In this document: positions 11,301 to 20,696 of the stretch, piece by piece | Position numbering within the stretch: the stretch's first letter is position 1 | Layout: every line of letters begins with the position of its first letter | Assembly (NCBI GenBank): GCA_003557725.1 | Contig: PWNQ01000041.1 | Location: 8,481 to 72,480, forward strand | Length of the DNA: 64,000 bases | From: Bacteroidales bacterium | Lineage (GTDB): Bacteria > Bacteroidota > Bacteroidia > Bacteroidales > PWNQ01 | Direction of reading: 5' to 3' | Notes under the pieces: model-generated | Database searches by the model: none | Seen by the model: the letters and a program-made list of their open reading frames with translations, nothing else | Told to the model about the DNA's origin: nothing | Made by a program: the position numbers and the translations under genes

Positions 11301-12249
11301 TGGGAGGCCCCGGAGCAGAAGGCTTTTGTGATATCCGCTTACCCGGGCTTTGGTTGTAGGTAAGATAGTAATACGCATGGTCGTCATATTCATGCTTATG
11401 GTGCAAAAAACGCTCCAGGTTTTCATCGTAGGTCCATTCTACAGGACCCTGGGCATAAAACAACAAGTAATCCCCCGGGCTAAAGGTCCCGGGAGTAGAC
11501 GTGGACACATAAATGGCATTTTCCAGCAGATCATCAGCATGAGGTTCTGAATTATTGTAGGGCAACTGATTCCCTCCATTTCCAAAAATCTGCAGTTGGG
11601 AAGGATCCAGGCCGGAAGCATCAATGCCATAGCCTTCCAGATCACCATAGGTGATTTGGTAAACCCCCGATTGGGATATCCGAAGCTTATGCCAGGGTCC
11701 TTTGGCCAGAACCGACTCATCCACATATTGATAGATATTGCGCTGGGCAACTATTTCATCCGGATTAAAAATAATCTGATAGCTGAAAGACTGTAATAGC
11801 TTAACCGAGTCGCCGCAAAGAGATAGCTTAGCGGGGGCAAGCATAAAATAACCAAAAGCTTGCTTGCGAATGGAGTGGGTTTCTGTAGTGAGCTGAATAC
11901 CATAGGTGAGCTCCTCAACTCCGCGGATGCTGGAGAAATGCTTAATGGGTATGGATTGAAATACCGTATCGCTTAGGATCACCTCCATGGAAAAATCGGA
12001 TGACGGCAGGGGAAGCCGCTCTGAATAGTAGGGAAGATGATGGTTGTCAAAGTCATAATCCGACCCCTTGAAGGATAATACATCAAATGAGGCCAGGGTA
12101 TCATCACCCGGAGTAATTGTTTTTACCGGGTCCCAGTTAAAAGATTTATAGGAAGCGTTTTGCCCGTGTAGAAAAAACGGAGCCAGGAAAAAGAAGGCAA
12201 ACAAAATAGCTGAGGTCCCAAATGCAGGGATATTGTTTTTTTCTCTCAT
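8356..12249 (-). pseudogene. porU: T9SS sortase PorU (peptidase C25) interrupted by one in-frame TAG (10243-10245)
   Basis: The two ORFs are in frame: SDDFFGLYAPG*GSNASGNVDIGVGR. IYNEFSSG lies before the stop; catalytic GHGG and TCEF and a type A CTD (AYPNP...SGKLVI) lie after it. Adjacent to porV. Confidence 0.85.
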
Positions 12250-12356
12250 GGTTCTGCTAATATTATGCCTGTGGTATTCAGGCGCAGATTAAAAAATACC
12301 TAAACCGGATGGTTGATAAATATAATATTTGCTGTAAAATTTCGGTTGTTATTATT

Positions 12357-12507
12357 GAGTCCAGTCTAAAAAGGTTACTTTTGATTTTCAGCGGCTTTTT
12401 GCCCCAGACCCTAAAGGGTGAAGCCGCTGAAAATCAGCCACCCTTTAGGGATGGGGCAAAGCTGATTTTCAGCGGATGTGAAAAATGTGTGTTTTTAGAC
12501 TGGACTC
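12357..12507. mobile_element. MITE-like non-autonomous element, 151 bp
   Basis: Perfect 16-bp inverted ends GAGTCCAGTCTAAAAA (12357-12372) and TTTTTAGACTGGACTC (12492-12507), flanked by ATTATT at 12351-12356 and 12508-12513. Decayed copies occur elsewhere in the window. Confidence 0.8.
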
Positions 12508-12854
12508 ATTATTTGATTTAATGGGTTGTTAACAATTGGCTGACGGTGCTGGTCAAACAGGAAACAACACCGGAGGTAGTCAGCGCTTAATAAAAAGCAA
12601 GATGTTAAAAAATGACTATTCTATTGTACCGGGTTGTGTCTGTATTTTGCACATTATACTAATAACCATCGAGACGGTTTTTTTATTGTATATCACTGAA
12701 AAAACCTGGTGGCAGCCTTTTTGTAACATTTTTGTTTGGGTGCAAGTATAAGTGAGATAAAATGCTTATTTTTGTGGGGTAAAAAAGGGTGTTTTTTATC
12801 CCGTTATCAAAAAATGTTGTATTTTTGGAGTTTGAAAAATCATGGGTAAATAAT

Positions 12855-13844
12855 ATGCCACAAAAAGCACGTTTATTAATACCAATAATAGTAATTTTAT
12901 TGGCAGGACAAGAGGTTCGGGGGCAGGATCCGCATTTTTCCCAGTTCTATGCCAACCCGTTGTATCTGAATCCGGCATTTGCGGGGAGCAATATTTGTCC
13001 CCGATTGACTACCAACTACAGGAATCAATGGCCGGCCATTTCAGGTGCTTATGTAACCTATAATGCAGGGTTTGACATGTATTTTGATGCTATTTCCGGG
13101 GGATTGGGGCTTTTAGCTTACTCGGACCGTTCAGGTGAGGGGGTGCTTAGCTCCTCTCAGTTTAGCTTTATGTATGCTTACCGGCTGAAAGTGTCCCGAA
13201 CCTTCAGCATAAATGCGGGGCTGCAGGCCAGCTATTTTCAGAAGTCGGTGGACTGGACCAAGCTTACATTCGGTGACCAGATTGACCCCCAGTGGGGATT
13301 TGTGAATCAAACCAGTGAAGTGGGCGGCACCTACGAATCCAGTGGAGCAGATTTTTCTGCAGGATTATTGGGGTATACCAATAACTTTTTTATTGGAATT
13401 GCTGCCCATCACCTGACAGAACCAAATGAAGGGTTTAGAAATTACAGTGAGTTGCCCCTTAAGCTTACCGTGCATGGAGGATACGACATTGAACTGGGGG
13501 GTGGGCCGGCAAGACAATATCGGGCTGGAGACTTGGTGCTGTCGCCGAATATAATGTATATGCAACAGGGACAGTTTCACCAGCTAAACTATGGATTGTA
13601 CCTGAACATGAAGCCTATCCTGGCAGGACTATGGTACAGGCAATTCTTTGAAGGCTCCGATGCACTTGTTGTAATGGCTGGATTTGAATATGAAAAGTAT
13701 AAGTTTGGATATAGTTATGATATTACCGTTTCCAGGCTGAGTAATGCCTCCGGCGGAGCGCATGAAATATCGATGATGTTGAAATTCAACTGCCCTCCGG
13801 AACGCGTCAGACTACGGGAAATCGAATGTCCATCCTTCTTCTGA
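12855..13844 (+). CDS. T9SS membrane protein, PorP/SprF family
   Basis: QDPHFSQFYANPLYLNPAFAG, NYRNQW, GYSYD and GAHEI motifs. Confidence 0.92.
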   Translation: MPQKARLLIPIIVILLAGQEVRGQDPHFSQFYANPLYLNPAFAGSNICPRLTTNYRNQWPAISGAYVTYNAGFDMYFDAISGGLGLLAYSDRSGEGVLSSSQFSFMYAYRLKVSRTFSINAGLQASYFQKSVDWTKLTFGDQIDPQWGFVNQTSEVGGTYESSGADFSAGLLGYTNNFFIGIAAHHLTEPNEGFRNYSELPLKLTVHGGYDIELGGGPARQYRAGDLVLSPNIMYMQQGQFHQLNYGLYLNMKPILAGLWYRQFFEGSDALVVMAGFEYEKYKFGYSYDITVSRLSNASGGAHEISMMLKFNCPPERVRLREIECPSFF

Positions 13845-13896
13845 TACTGATAATAATTATTTATAATCTGATTGAGAAACAATTAAAGCTTGAATT

Positions 13897-15753
13897 ATGA
13901 AATATATGGGATTTCTTAAAAGCTTCATGTTATTGACAACAGCAATCCTCATGGTGGCCTGCGGGTATGAGCGCTCACCCACAACCGGGTGGAACTACAA
14001 TGACCCTCAAAGCGGTGGCTTTGAAAAGCAGCCATTTATGGAACAAGTGACTGGCCCGGGGCTGGTGCTTATTGAGGGTGGACGCTTTACCATGGGACGA
14101 ACGGAGCAGGATGTAATGTTCGATTGGGATAATATCCCCAGAACAGTTACCGTGCCTTCCTTTTACATGGACCAGACCGAGGTGAGAAACTTTGACTATC
14201 TGGAATATCTTTACTGGTTAAAGAGAATCTTTGGCGATCGGTACCCCACCGTTTATGAAAGGGCACTGCCGGATACCAATATCTGGAGAGAAAAATTGGG
14301 CGAAAGAGAACAGTATGTGAGGTATTATCTGAGGCATCCTGCTTACAGGGACTATCCTGTGGTGGGGGTAAACTGGATACAGGCATCCAACTATGCGGCC
14401 TGGCGGACCGACCGGGTCAATGAAATGATCCTGGTGGAATTGGGCTTTATGGAGCGAATTCCCGATCAGGCCAATGAAGAACATTTTAATACGGAGGCCT
14501 ATCTGGCAGGACAGTATGACCTGGGGGTGATCCGGGAAAGCATGGTTAACCTTGACCCCAATGCTCCGGATGACCGGCTGGTGCGTATGGAGGACGGAAT
14601 ACTGCTCCCCGCATACCGCCTCCCAACAGAAGCCGAATGGGAGTTTGCTGCCCTGGGGCTTATTGGAAACACCATCTATGAAAGAGTGGTGGAAAGAAGA
14701 ATTTATCCCTGGAATGGGCATATCACCAGAACTAGTGCTAAAGAAAGCTATGGCGACTTCGTGGCCAACTTCCGCAGAGGAAGAGGAGATTATATGGGTA
14801 CTGCCGGATATCTTAATGATGCAGCCTCCATTACGGCTCCCGTTTATGCCTACTGGCCTAACGATTATGGCTTGTACAATATGGCAGGAAACGTGTCTGA
14901 ATGGGTACGCGATGTATACAGACCTCTCTCTCACGAAGACATGAGCGACTTCGCTCCTTTTAGGGGGAATGTGTATACGGTGCAGGCACGAAGCAGCTTT
15001 GGAGGATTGCAGCCCAAGCTGGGGTTTGTTATGTGGGACTATAGCGCTATTATTGACTACCTGAACGACTATCAGCAAATCTCCCGAGAACTTAACGATA
15101 TCAATGAGCATGAAGAAATGCTGATCACATATTTGAAGCAGTTTGCCATTGGTGCCGATAGCATGGCAGACATCAGCCGACATGAAGATGCGTCTATCCT
15201 TATGGAGGACGGATTGCTGGACTTTACCGGAAAAAGCCCCAGACCCAATACGGATGAAGCCAACGCTACAGAAGCAGAACTGGGGGTTAATATGGCCAAT
15301 GACTTTGATGAAATGCAGGTGAGGGATGAGAATATTATCACCATCCAGGCGGTTATAGCACAATATATCGAGGCTAGCCCCGGGGAAATTCAAACCAGAG
15401 CCGTTACGGTTCAGGAAAACCTTGACCGCCGAAACTATCGCAAAGCTGATAATATCAACTACAAAGATGGAACCTATACCACGGCTCCAGGCGCCACATG
15501 GGACCAGCGATCTGATGTGGCTGACCCCGACAGAAGCTACACCGACCAAATGTATGACTATCCTGAAGAAGAAAATATTGGAAGCTCCCTGATCAACGAC
15601 CGGGTGAGGGTTAGAAAAGGCGGATCATGGCGTGACGGAGCCTACTGGATGAGCCCGGGAACACGACGGTTCCTCCTGGAAACGCAACGAAGAGACGACC
15701 TGGGTTTCCGCTGCGCAATGGATCGCGTGGGAAGCCCCATCGGAACCTATTAA
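13897..15753 (+). CDS. gldJ: Gliding motility lipoprotein GldJ (FGE-sulfatase fold)
   Basis: Lipobox MVAC, TTGWNYND, YLRHPAY, YRLPTEAEWEFAA, GLYNMAGNVSEW, KGGSW and GFRCAM; sits between porU and murF as usual for gldJ. Confidence 0.85.
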   Translation: MKYMGFLKSFMLLTTAILMVACGYERSPTTGWNYNDPQSGGFEKQPFMEQVTGPGLVLIEGGRFTMGRTEQDVMFDWDNIPRTVTVPSFYMDQTEVRNFDYLEYLYWLKRIFGDRYPTVYERALPDTNIWREKLGEREQYVRYYLRHPAYRDYPVVGVNWIQASNYAAWRTDRVNEMILVELGFMERIPDQANEEHFNTEAYLAGQYDLGVIRESMVNLDPNAPDDRLVRMEDGILLPAYRLPTEAEWEFAALGLIGNTIYERVVERRIYPWNGHITRTSAKESYGDFVANFRRGRGDYMGTAGYLNDAASITAPVYAYWPNDYGLYNMAGNVSEWVRDVYRPLSHEDMSDFAPFRGNVYTVQARSSFGGLQPKLGFVMWDYSAIIDYLNDYQQISRELNDINEHEEMLITYLKQFAIGADSMADISRHEDASILMEDGLLDFTGKSPRPNTDEANATEAELGVNMANDFDEMQVRDENIITIQAVIAQYIEASPGEIQTRAVTVQENLDRRNYRKADNINYKDGTYTTAPGATWDQRSDVADPDRSYTDQMYDYPEEENIGSSLINDRVRVRKGGSWRDGAYWMSPGTRRFLLETQRRDDLGFRCAMDRVGSPIGTY

Positions 15754-15884
15754 TATTGCCTGTATAATAAGGTGTATATAATATAAGGTGCACCATGAAC
15801 TCCGAAAATGCAGGTTATGGGAATGACTCCTGGAGGGCATGGCTAAGATGGCCGGAAGAAATGGAAAAGATTAAGAACAATTGT

Positions 15885-15924
15885 AAAGAGGCACTTCGAA
15901 ACCCGTTTTCAAGTGCCTCTTTTT
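15885..15924 (+). terminator. Intrinsic terminator after gldJ
   Basis: AAAGAGGCACTT...AAGTGCCTCTTT hairpin followed by a T-run. Confidence 0.75.
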
Positions 15925-15951
15925 ATATAACATAATCAGAGGAACCCAATT

Positions 15952-17244
15952 ATGAAGGTGGGAAAACTGTATAATGCCTTTAAATTATCCACAGGAGTGT
16001 CTACCGATACCCGTGCTATCCGCAAAGGAAGCATGTTCTTTGCCCTCAAAGGGGAACGGTTTAATGGAAACCTATTTGTCGGGCAGGCTTTTGAAAATGG
16101 TGCCCAATATGCTGTGGTGGATGAAGCAAGGGGAGTGATCAATAACAACTGTATTAATGTAGACAGCTCTCTGGAAATGCTTCAAAAACTGGCCCAATAT
16201 CATCGGGCAAAGTATTCAGTACCCATGTTGGCCATCACCGGATCTAACGGAAAAACAACTACCAAAGAGCTAATCATAAGCATACTGAACAAAAAATTCA
16301 ACACCCACTACACCCGGGGAAATTTAAATAACCACATTGGATTGCCCCTTACTCTATTAGACCTCAATGAACACCACCATATTTCCGTGGTGGAGATGGG
16401 GGCCAACCATCAGGGAGAGATCGCACGACTGGCAGAATTGGCAGACCCGGATTATGGATTGATCACCAATATCGGGAAAGCCCACCTGGAGGGGTTTGGA
16501 GGAATTGAAGGAGTGATTAAAGGAAAAACCGAACTATTCCGCTGCCTTAAAGCCAAAAACAGACCCGTGTTTGTGGACGAAAAGGACCCAATACTCATTC
16601 AGCATAGCCAGGAAATGGTAAATATACCCTATGGAGCTCAATCATTACAGGTTGAGATGGTTAGTGAGTTCCCAACTTTGTCTTTTCAGTGGAAAAAAAA
16701 CTCAATAAACACCCATCTTGCCGGAAAGTACAACATGCAAAATATATGTGCAGCCATTGCAGTGGGTAATTACTTCAATGTGCCGGAAAAGGATATATGC
16801 AACGCGGTGGAATCTTATATTCCCCAGAATAGCCGCTCACAGGTGGTGAAACATAAACCAAACACCATTATTTTAGATGCATATAATGCAAACCCTACCA
16901 GTGTGGCTGCTGCTTTGGACAACCTCTACAGGTATCCTTCCAGCCATAAATCCAAAATGGCAGCTCTGGGAGACATGCTTGAACTGGGTGAAGAAAGTGA
17001 TAAGCACCACCAGGAGACTGTGAATGAGCTGAAAAGGTATGACTTTGACAGGGTGTTGCTGGTGGGGAGTTGCTTTTCCCGAGTTAAAGTCCCGGAAGAT
17101 TTTCATGTTTTTAATAATGTTGAGGAAGCCTCCCAATGGATCGAAGATCAGCCTGTGGAAGATTCTGTAATACTCATAAAAGGGTCCAGAGGGATTCGCA
17201 TGGAGAAGGTCTTTCATGCCATAACCGGGGAAAAGGATACGTAG
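15952..17244 (+). CDS. murF: UDP-N-acetylmuramoyl-tripeptide--D-Ala-D-Ala ligase
   Basis: TGSNGKTTTKE, NLNNHIG, EMGANH, DAYNANP, LGDMLELG, KGSRG. Confidence 0.96.
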   Translation: MKVGKLYNAFKLSTGVSTDTRAIRKGSMFFALKGERFNGNLFVGQAFENGAQYAVVDEARGVINNNCINVDSSLEMLQKLAQYHRAKYSVPMLAITGSNGKTTTKELIISILNKKFNTHYTRGNLNNHIGLPLTLLDLNEHHHISVVEMGANHQGEIARLAELADPDYGLITNIGKAHLEGFGGIEGVIKGKTELFRCLKAKNRPVFVDEKDPILIQHSQEMVNIPYGAQSLQVEMVSEFPTLSFQWKKNSINTHLAGKYNMQNICAAIAVGNYFNVPEKDICNAVESYIPQNSRSQVVKHKPNTIILDAYNANPTSVAAALDNLYRYPSSHKSKMAALGDMLELGEESDKHHQETVNELKRYDFDRVLLVGSCFSRVKVPEDFHVFNNVEEASQWIEDQPVEDSVILIKGSRGIRMEKVFHAITGEKDT

Positions 17245-17317
17245 AGAGCACGCTGTAAGGTGTTGCCAGGAGCCAGGGTGCTTCTGCACACGGGCTAAAT
17301 GGATAAAATGGTATATT

Positions 17318-18409
17318 ATGGAATCCGGAAACTTCAGGGTAATTGGGCTAATGTCCGGGACTTCTCTTGACGGGCTGGATATAGCTTGCTGTGACTTCAG
17401 CAAGTCATCCGGTAAGTGGACATTCAGCCTCCTTAAAGCTTGCACCAGAGAGTATTCAGACGATTGGCGCAGAAAGTTAACAGATGCACACCTTATGAGT
17501 GCAGAGGGCTTATTGAAGCTGGATGTGGAGTATGGAAGGTTTTTGGGTCAAAGGGTTAATGATTTTTTGGAGGGCGGCAGTCTTAATGTTGAGTTGGTTG
17601 GCTCTCATGGACACACTGTGTTTCATTCACCCCAACAAGGCCTATCGTATCAGCTGGGTTTTGGGAAAGCCATAGCCTTCCGGTGTGGGTTGCCCGTTGT
17701 TTCTGACTTTCGGATGGATGATGTGCTGGCTGGCGGGCAGGGCGCCCCTTTGGTGCCGGCCGGAGATTATTACCTGTTTGGCGATTACCCGTATTGCCTT
17801 AATCTGGGAGGATTTGCCAATATTTCTGAAAAAAAACACCAGGGGATCACCGCCTTTGATATATGCCCGGTGAACTTTGTGATGAATAGGCTGGCGGCCA
17901 AAAAGGGACAAAAAATGGACCGGGATGGGGCTCTGGCGAAAGAGGGAAAAACCCATCCCAAGCTTTTAAAAGCATTGAATGCACTGGATTACTATAAACA
18001 AACACCACCCAAGTCTCTGGGAAGAGAATGGGTGGTGCGGTTTGTGGATCCTTTGCTTTCCAGGTTTTGTATGTCCGCAGAGGACGCATTATCCACTTAT
18101 GTGGAGCATGTTAGCCACCAGATCGCGGCAGTGCTGAATCAACAAAAGCAGAATAAGCAGGTGCTTGTTACCGGAGGTGGCGCAAAAAATGGATATCTGG
18201 TACAACGGATCACTGAAAAAACCAGGCATCAGATTATTATTCCGGACCAAAAGGTTATTGACTACAAGGAGGCTGTGGTTTTTGCTTTTCTTGCTCTCCT
18301 CAGGCATTTAGGGGAGATCAATATTTTTTCCTCAGCCACCGGCGCCGGCAGGGATACTTCAGCCGGCACTCTGTTTATGCCCGGCAAGGGGCATTCCAGG
18401 TTGCCTTGA
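17318..18409 (+). CDS. anmK: Anhydro-N-acetylmuramic acid kinase
   Basis: GLMSGTSLDGLD, GSHGHT, GGQGAPLVP, LNLGGFANI, PPKSLGRE, KEAVVFA. Confidence 0.95.
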   Translation: MESGNFRVIGLMSGTSLDGLDIACCDFSKSSGKWTFSLLKACTREYSDDWRRKLTDAHLMSAEGLLKLDVEYGRFLGQRVNDFLEGGSLNVELVGSHGHTVFHSPQQGLSYQLGFGKAIAFRCGLPVVSDFRMDDVLAGGQGAPLVPAGDYYLFGDYPYCLNLGGFANISEKKHQGITAFDICPVNFVMNRLAAKKGQKMDRDGALAKEGKTHPKLLKALNALDYYKQTPPKSLGREWVVRFVDPLLSRFCMSAEDALSTYVEHVSHQIAAVLNQQKQNKQVLVTGGGAKNGYLVQRITEKTRHQIIIPDQKVIDYKEAVVFAFLALLRHLGEINIFSSATGAGRDTSAGTLFMPGKGHSRLP

Positions 18410-18420
18410 GATAGGGAATG

Positions 18421-18918
18421 TTATCTTCTGCGGCCTCCTCTTGGGCTGCCGTAGTCACAACCCCGACTGCCCGGCTTGTTGCCTCTTCCCATTCTGGATT
18501 TATTGCCTTGCCGGGAATCAAAAAACACCTGTTGCTCTTTGGTTAGCAGCTCACGGATTTGCTCCCGGTGCCGCAATGAACTTTTCATCATCTCTGCTTT
18601 TACTGCAGCCAACTCATCCGTTAGCGCTTCAGCCCTGGATGGGTTTCTGTTTTCTCCGGTGGTTAATGCACGGATTTCCATGCGTAGTTGGTCAACCCGG
18701 TTACGGTAGTTGGTGCGCTCTTCCATATGCACCAACCGTAAGGCACGGATCTTTTCCGTTTGCTCTTCCGATAAATCCGGAATATTCATGCATGTCCCCC
18801 GGGGTTCTCCGGAAAATGATGCTCCCTGGGGATTGCCTCGCTGTGCCATTGCGCTTACAGAGAATATCATGAGCGTTAGCAAGGTTAAAAATACTTTTGC
18901 TTTTGATTTCATAATCAT
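18421..18918 (-). CDS. Spy/CpxP-family periplasmic chaperone-like protein
   Basis: Signal peptide; LSEEQ and LLTKEQ (LTxxQ) motifs; Gly/Arg-rich tail. Confidence 0.8.
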   Translation of the reverse strand: MIMKSKAKVFLTLLTLMIFSVSAMAQRGNPQGASFSGEPRGTCMNIPDLSEEQTEKIRALRLVHMEERTNYRNRVDQLRMEIRALTTGENRNPSRAEALTDELAAVKAEMMKSSLRHREQIRELLTKEQQVFFDSRQGNKSRMGRGNKPGSRGCDYGSPRGGRRR

Positions 18919-18964
18919 ACTTTTTTTGAGGTTATTAAAATATTAGTGAGTTGGTTAATTCTGG

Positions 18965-19528
18965 TTACTGTTGTTTGGGTCTTTGGCTCCTTTGGTCATG
19001 GCGGTGTTTACGCCGGTCACCTTTACTTCTATTTTTATGCATGGCCGCACTCCGGAGAAATTCATTGACAGCTTCCACTTGTTGGGGGCTATTAGCCAAA
19101 TCTTTGATCTTCTGAAAGTGGTCCATAGTATGGATATGGATCTGGCTGTACAGGGTGCCAATCTCATGGGCATATTCATACACCTGTTCCTGATTTTCTT
19201 CATGGTTTGCTACCAGTTCAGTTTGCCTGGTTCTGAGTTGCCTGATGGAATCGGTGAGTCTTCTCATGATGGCATGGTGTTGGACCCTTAGCTCTTCCAT
19301 TTGTTGCATTTGTTCATCATCAAATCCAAAGCGGTTTTGAAGCCGGTCTGCCCTGTATGGCCTTTCCGACCGCAGGCTGTCCGTGGTGGGTTGAGGGGCG
19401 GTGACCTCCTCTATCTTAGTGGAAGGGCTGACCTTATCGTACAACAGGTAGCCGATCATCCCCAGGTTTAATATGGCCAGGATAATCACAAGGGCCAGTA
19501 ATAGTTGCTTTTGTCTGTATATTTCCAT
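18965..19528 (-). CDS. Membrane-anchored periplasmic heavy-metal sensor / Spy-CpxP-like protein
   Basis: N-terminal TM helix (LAILNLG); FDDEQ and NSPQQ repeats; His-rich helical core. Confidence 0.7.
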   Translation of the reverse strand: MEIYRQKQLLLALVIILAILNLGMIGYLLYDKVSPSTKIEEVTAPQPTTDSLRSERPYRADRLQNRFGFDDEQMQQMEELRVQHHAIMRRLTDSIRQLRTRQTELVANHEENQEQVYEYAHEIGTLYSQIHIHTMDHFQKIKDLANSPQQVEAVNEFLRSAAMHKNRSKGDRRKHRHDQRSQRPKQQ

Positions 19529-19532
19529 GAGT

Positions 19533-19970
19533 TTAGTGGGTTGCTGTTAAAAAATAATAGTCATTGTCTGCCAATTCTTCATCCAGTTCATGGAAGTAGC
19601 GTTCAAAAAAAGGCTCTTCTCCGGCATATTGCGTGGGTTGCTTCTGGCCGGAAGTATACAGTAGTGTAAGGGATGTGCTTGCGAGCATGAAAAGGATTAC
19701 TGCGGCAATACGACGGACAAAACTTATGAAGTGAAGGCTGTGCCTGACAGGGTATTTTTCGCCGGGCGGAAGGCTGGAAAGACGTTCAAAAAAGCCATCC
19801 GAAGGAGAAACGGGCTCTCCGGCCTGCTCATAAACCGGCTTGATCTTTTCCATCAGCGATTTGCAGGATGAGCACTGCCCCAAATGTGTCTCCAGACCCT
19901 CCTTTTCGCCAGGGGATATCTCCTGGTCCAGGTAGAATAACAGGTGTGTATGTACAAAATGGCAATTCAT
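19533..19970 (-). CDS. zf-HC2 (ZAS) anti-sigma factor
   Basis: MNC...HLGQCSSC (HxxxCxxC) plus one TM helix, directly downstream of an ECF sigma. Confidence 0.85.
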   Translation of the reverse strand: MNCHFVHTHLLFYLDQEISPGEKEGLETHLGQCSSCKSLMEKIKPVYEQAGEPVSPSDGFFERLSSLPPGEKYPVRHSLHFISFVRRIAAVILFMLASTSLTLLYTSGQKQPTQYAGEEPFFERYFHELDEELADNDYYFLTATH

Positions 19971-19988
19971 AGTTGATAGGTTATATAG

Positions 19989-20016
19989 GTATGACAATAA
20001 CAATGAATAAAACTTG
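19989..20016 (-). promoter_or_regulatory. Putative ECF-sigma promoter before the anti-sigma operon
   Basis: Minus strand CAAGTT-N13-TTGTCATAC, same boxes and spacing as 20597-20624. Confidence 0.65.
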
Positions 20017-20018
20017 CT

Positions 20019-20576
20019 CTAAGTGGTGTAATAGTGGATCAATTTTTTCTGAAGGTTTATTTTTGCCCTGTGAATCAATGACTCTACGGAAGAAAGGGAG
20101 GTGTTCATCACCTGTGCTATTTCTTTATAGGGCAGCCCGTCATATTTATGCAGGATAAATGCCGTCTTTTGCAACTCCGGGAGGGTATCCATAGCGGTAT
20201 GCAGAATATGGCGTCTTTCCAGGTTTTCGCTGATGGCATCCGGGCTCTTTGCATGACCCCACATGGTTCTTTCCCCCCCGGGTATTAGTGAACCGGAAAG
20301 CTGTTCCCTTTTTTTATTCTTTTTAAGCTGGTTAATGGATTTATTTACGGTGATCCGGTATAGCCAGGTAGAAACGCTTGAGTCTCCCCTGAATTTATTA
20401 ATGGAATGGAATGCCTCCAGGAACACTTCCTGTGTCAGGTCTTCAGCGTCTGTGCGGTTATTAAAAAACCCAAAAGCAGTTGAATAGACCATTTGGCCAT
20501 AAGTCTTTACAAGTGTGGCATATGCTTTTTCATCACCCTGTTGCAGGGCGTGGATCAATTCTCCCGGGGCTTGCAT
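20019..20576 (-). CDS. ECF-family RNA polymerase sigma-70 factor
   Basis: DAEDLTQEVF, STWLYRITVN (region 2); YKEIA...SVESLIHRAK (region 4). Confidence 0.93.
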   Translation of the reverse strand: MQAPGELIHALQQGDEKAYATLVKTYGQMVYSTAFGFFNNRTDAEDLTQEVFLEAFHSINKFRGDSSVSTWLYRITVNKSINQLKKNKKREQLSGSLIPGGERTMWGHAKSPDAISENLERRHILHTAMDTLPELQKTAFILHKYDGLPYKEIAQVMNTSLSSVESLIHRAKINLQKKLIHYYTT

Positions 20577-20596
20577 AATCAAAATTGGGTTTTTAT

Positions 20597-20624
20597 GTAT
20601 GACAAGTTGGGGAAAGATAACTTG
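20597..20624 (-). promoter_or_regulatory. Putative autoregulatory ECF-sigma promoter
   Basis: Minus strand CAAGTT-N13-TTGTCATAC about 20 bp upstream of the sigma ATG. Confidence 0.65.
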
Positions 20625-20696
20625 TGCCCCAATGCAAAATTACCCGTGTTATTAAAACCGGCGTTGGCAAGCGGACGGCTAACAGTCCATGGGTTA

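Noticed and set aside
12309..12751. Two ~70-aa ORFs in the porU-porP spacer
   Set aside because: The first runs through the MITE and has no transposase motif; the second has a TTG start and no coding signal.
14218..15549. 443-aa antisense ORF
   Set aside because: It lies wholly opposite gldJ and has no protein motifs; a codon-bias shadow ORF.
15794..15934. Small ORF between gldJ and murF
   Set aside because: It runs through the terminator hairpin and has no recognisable features.
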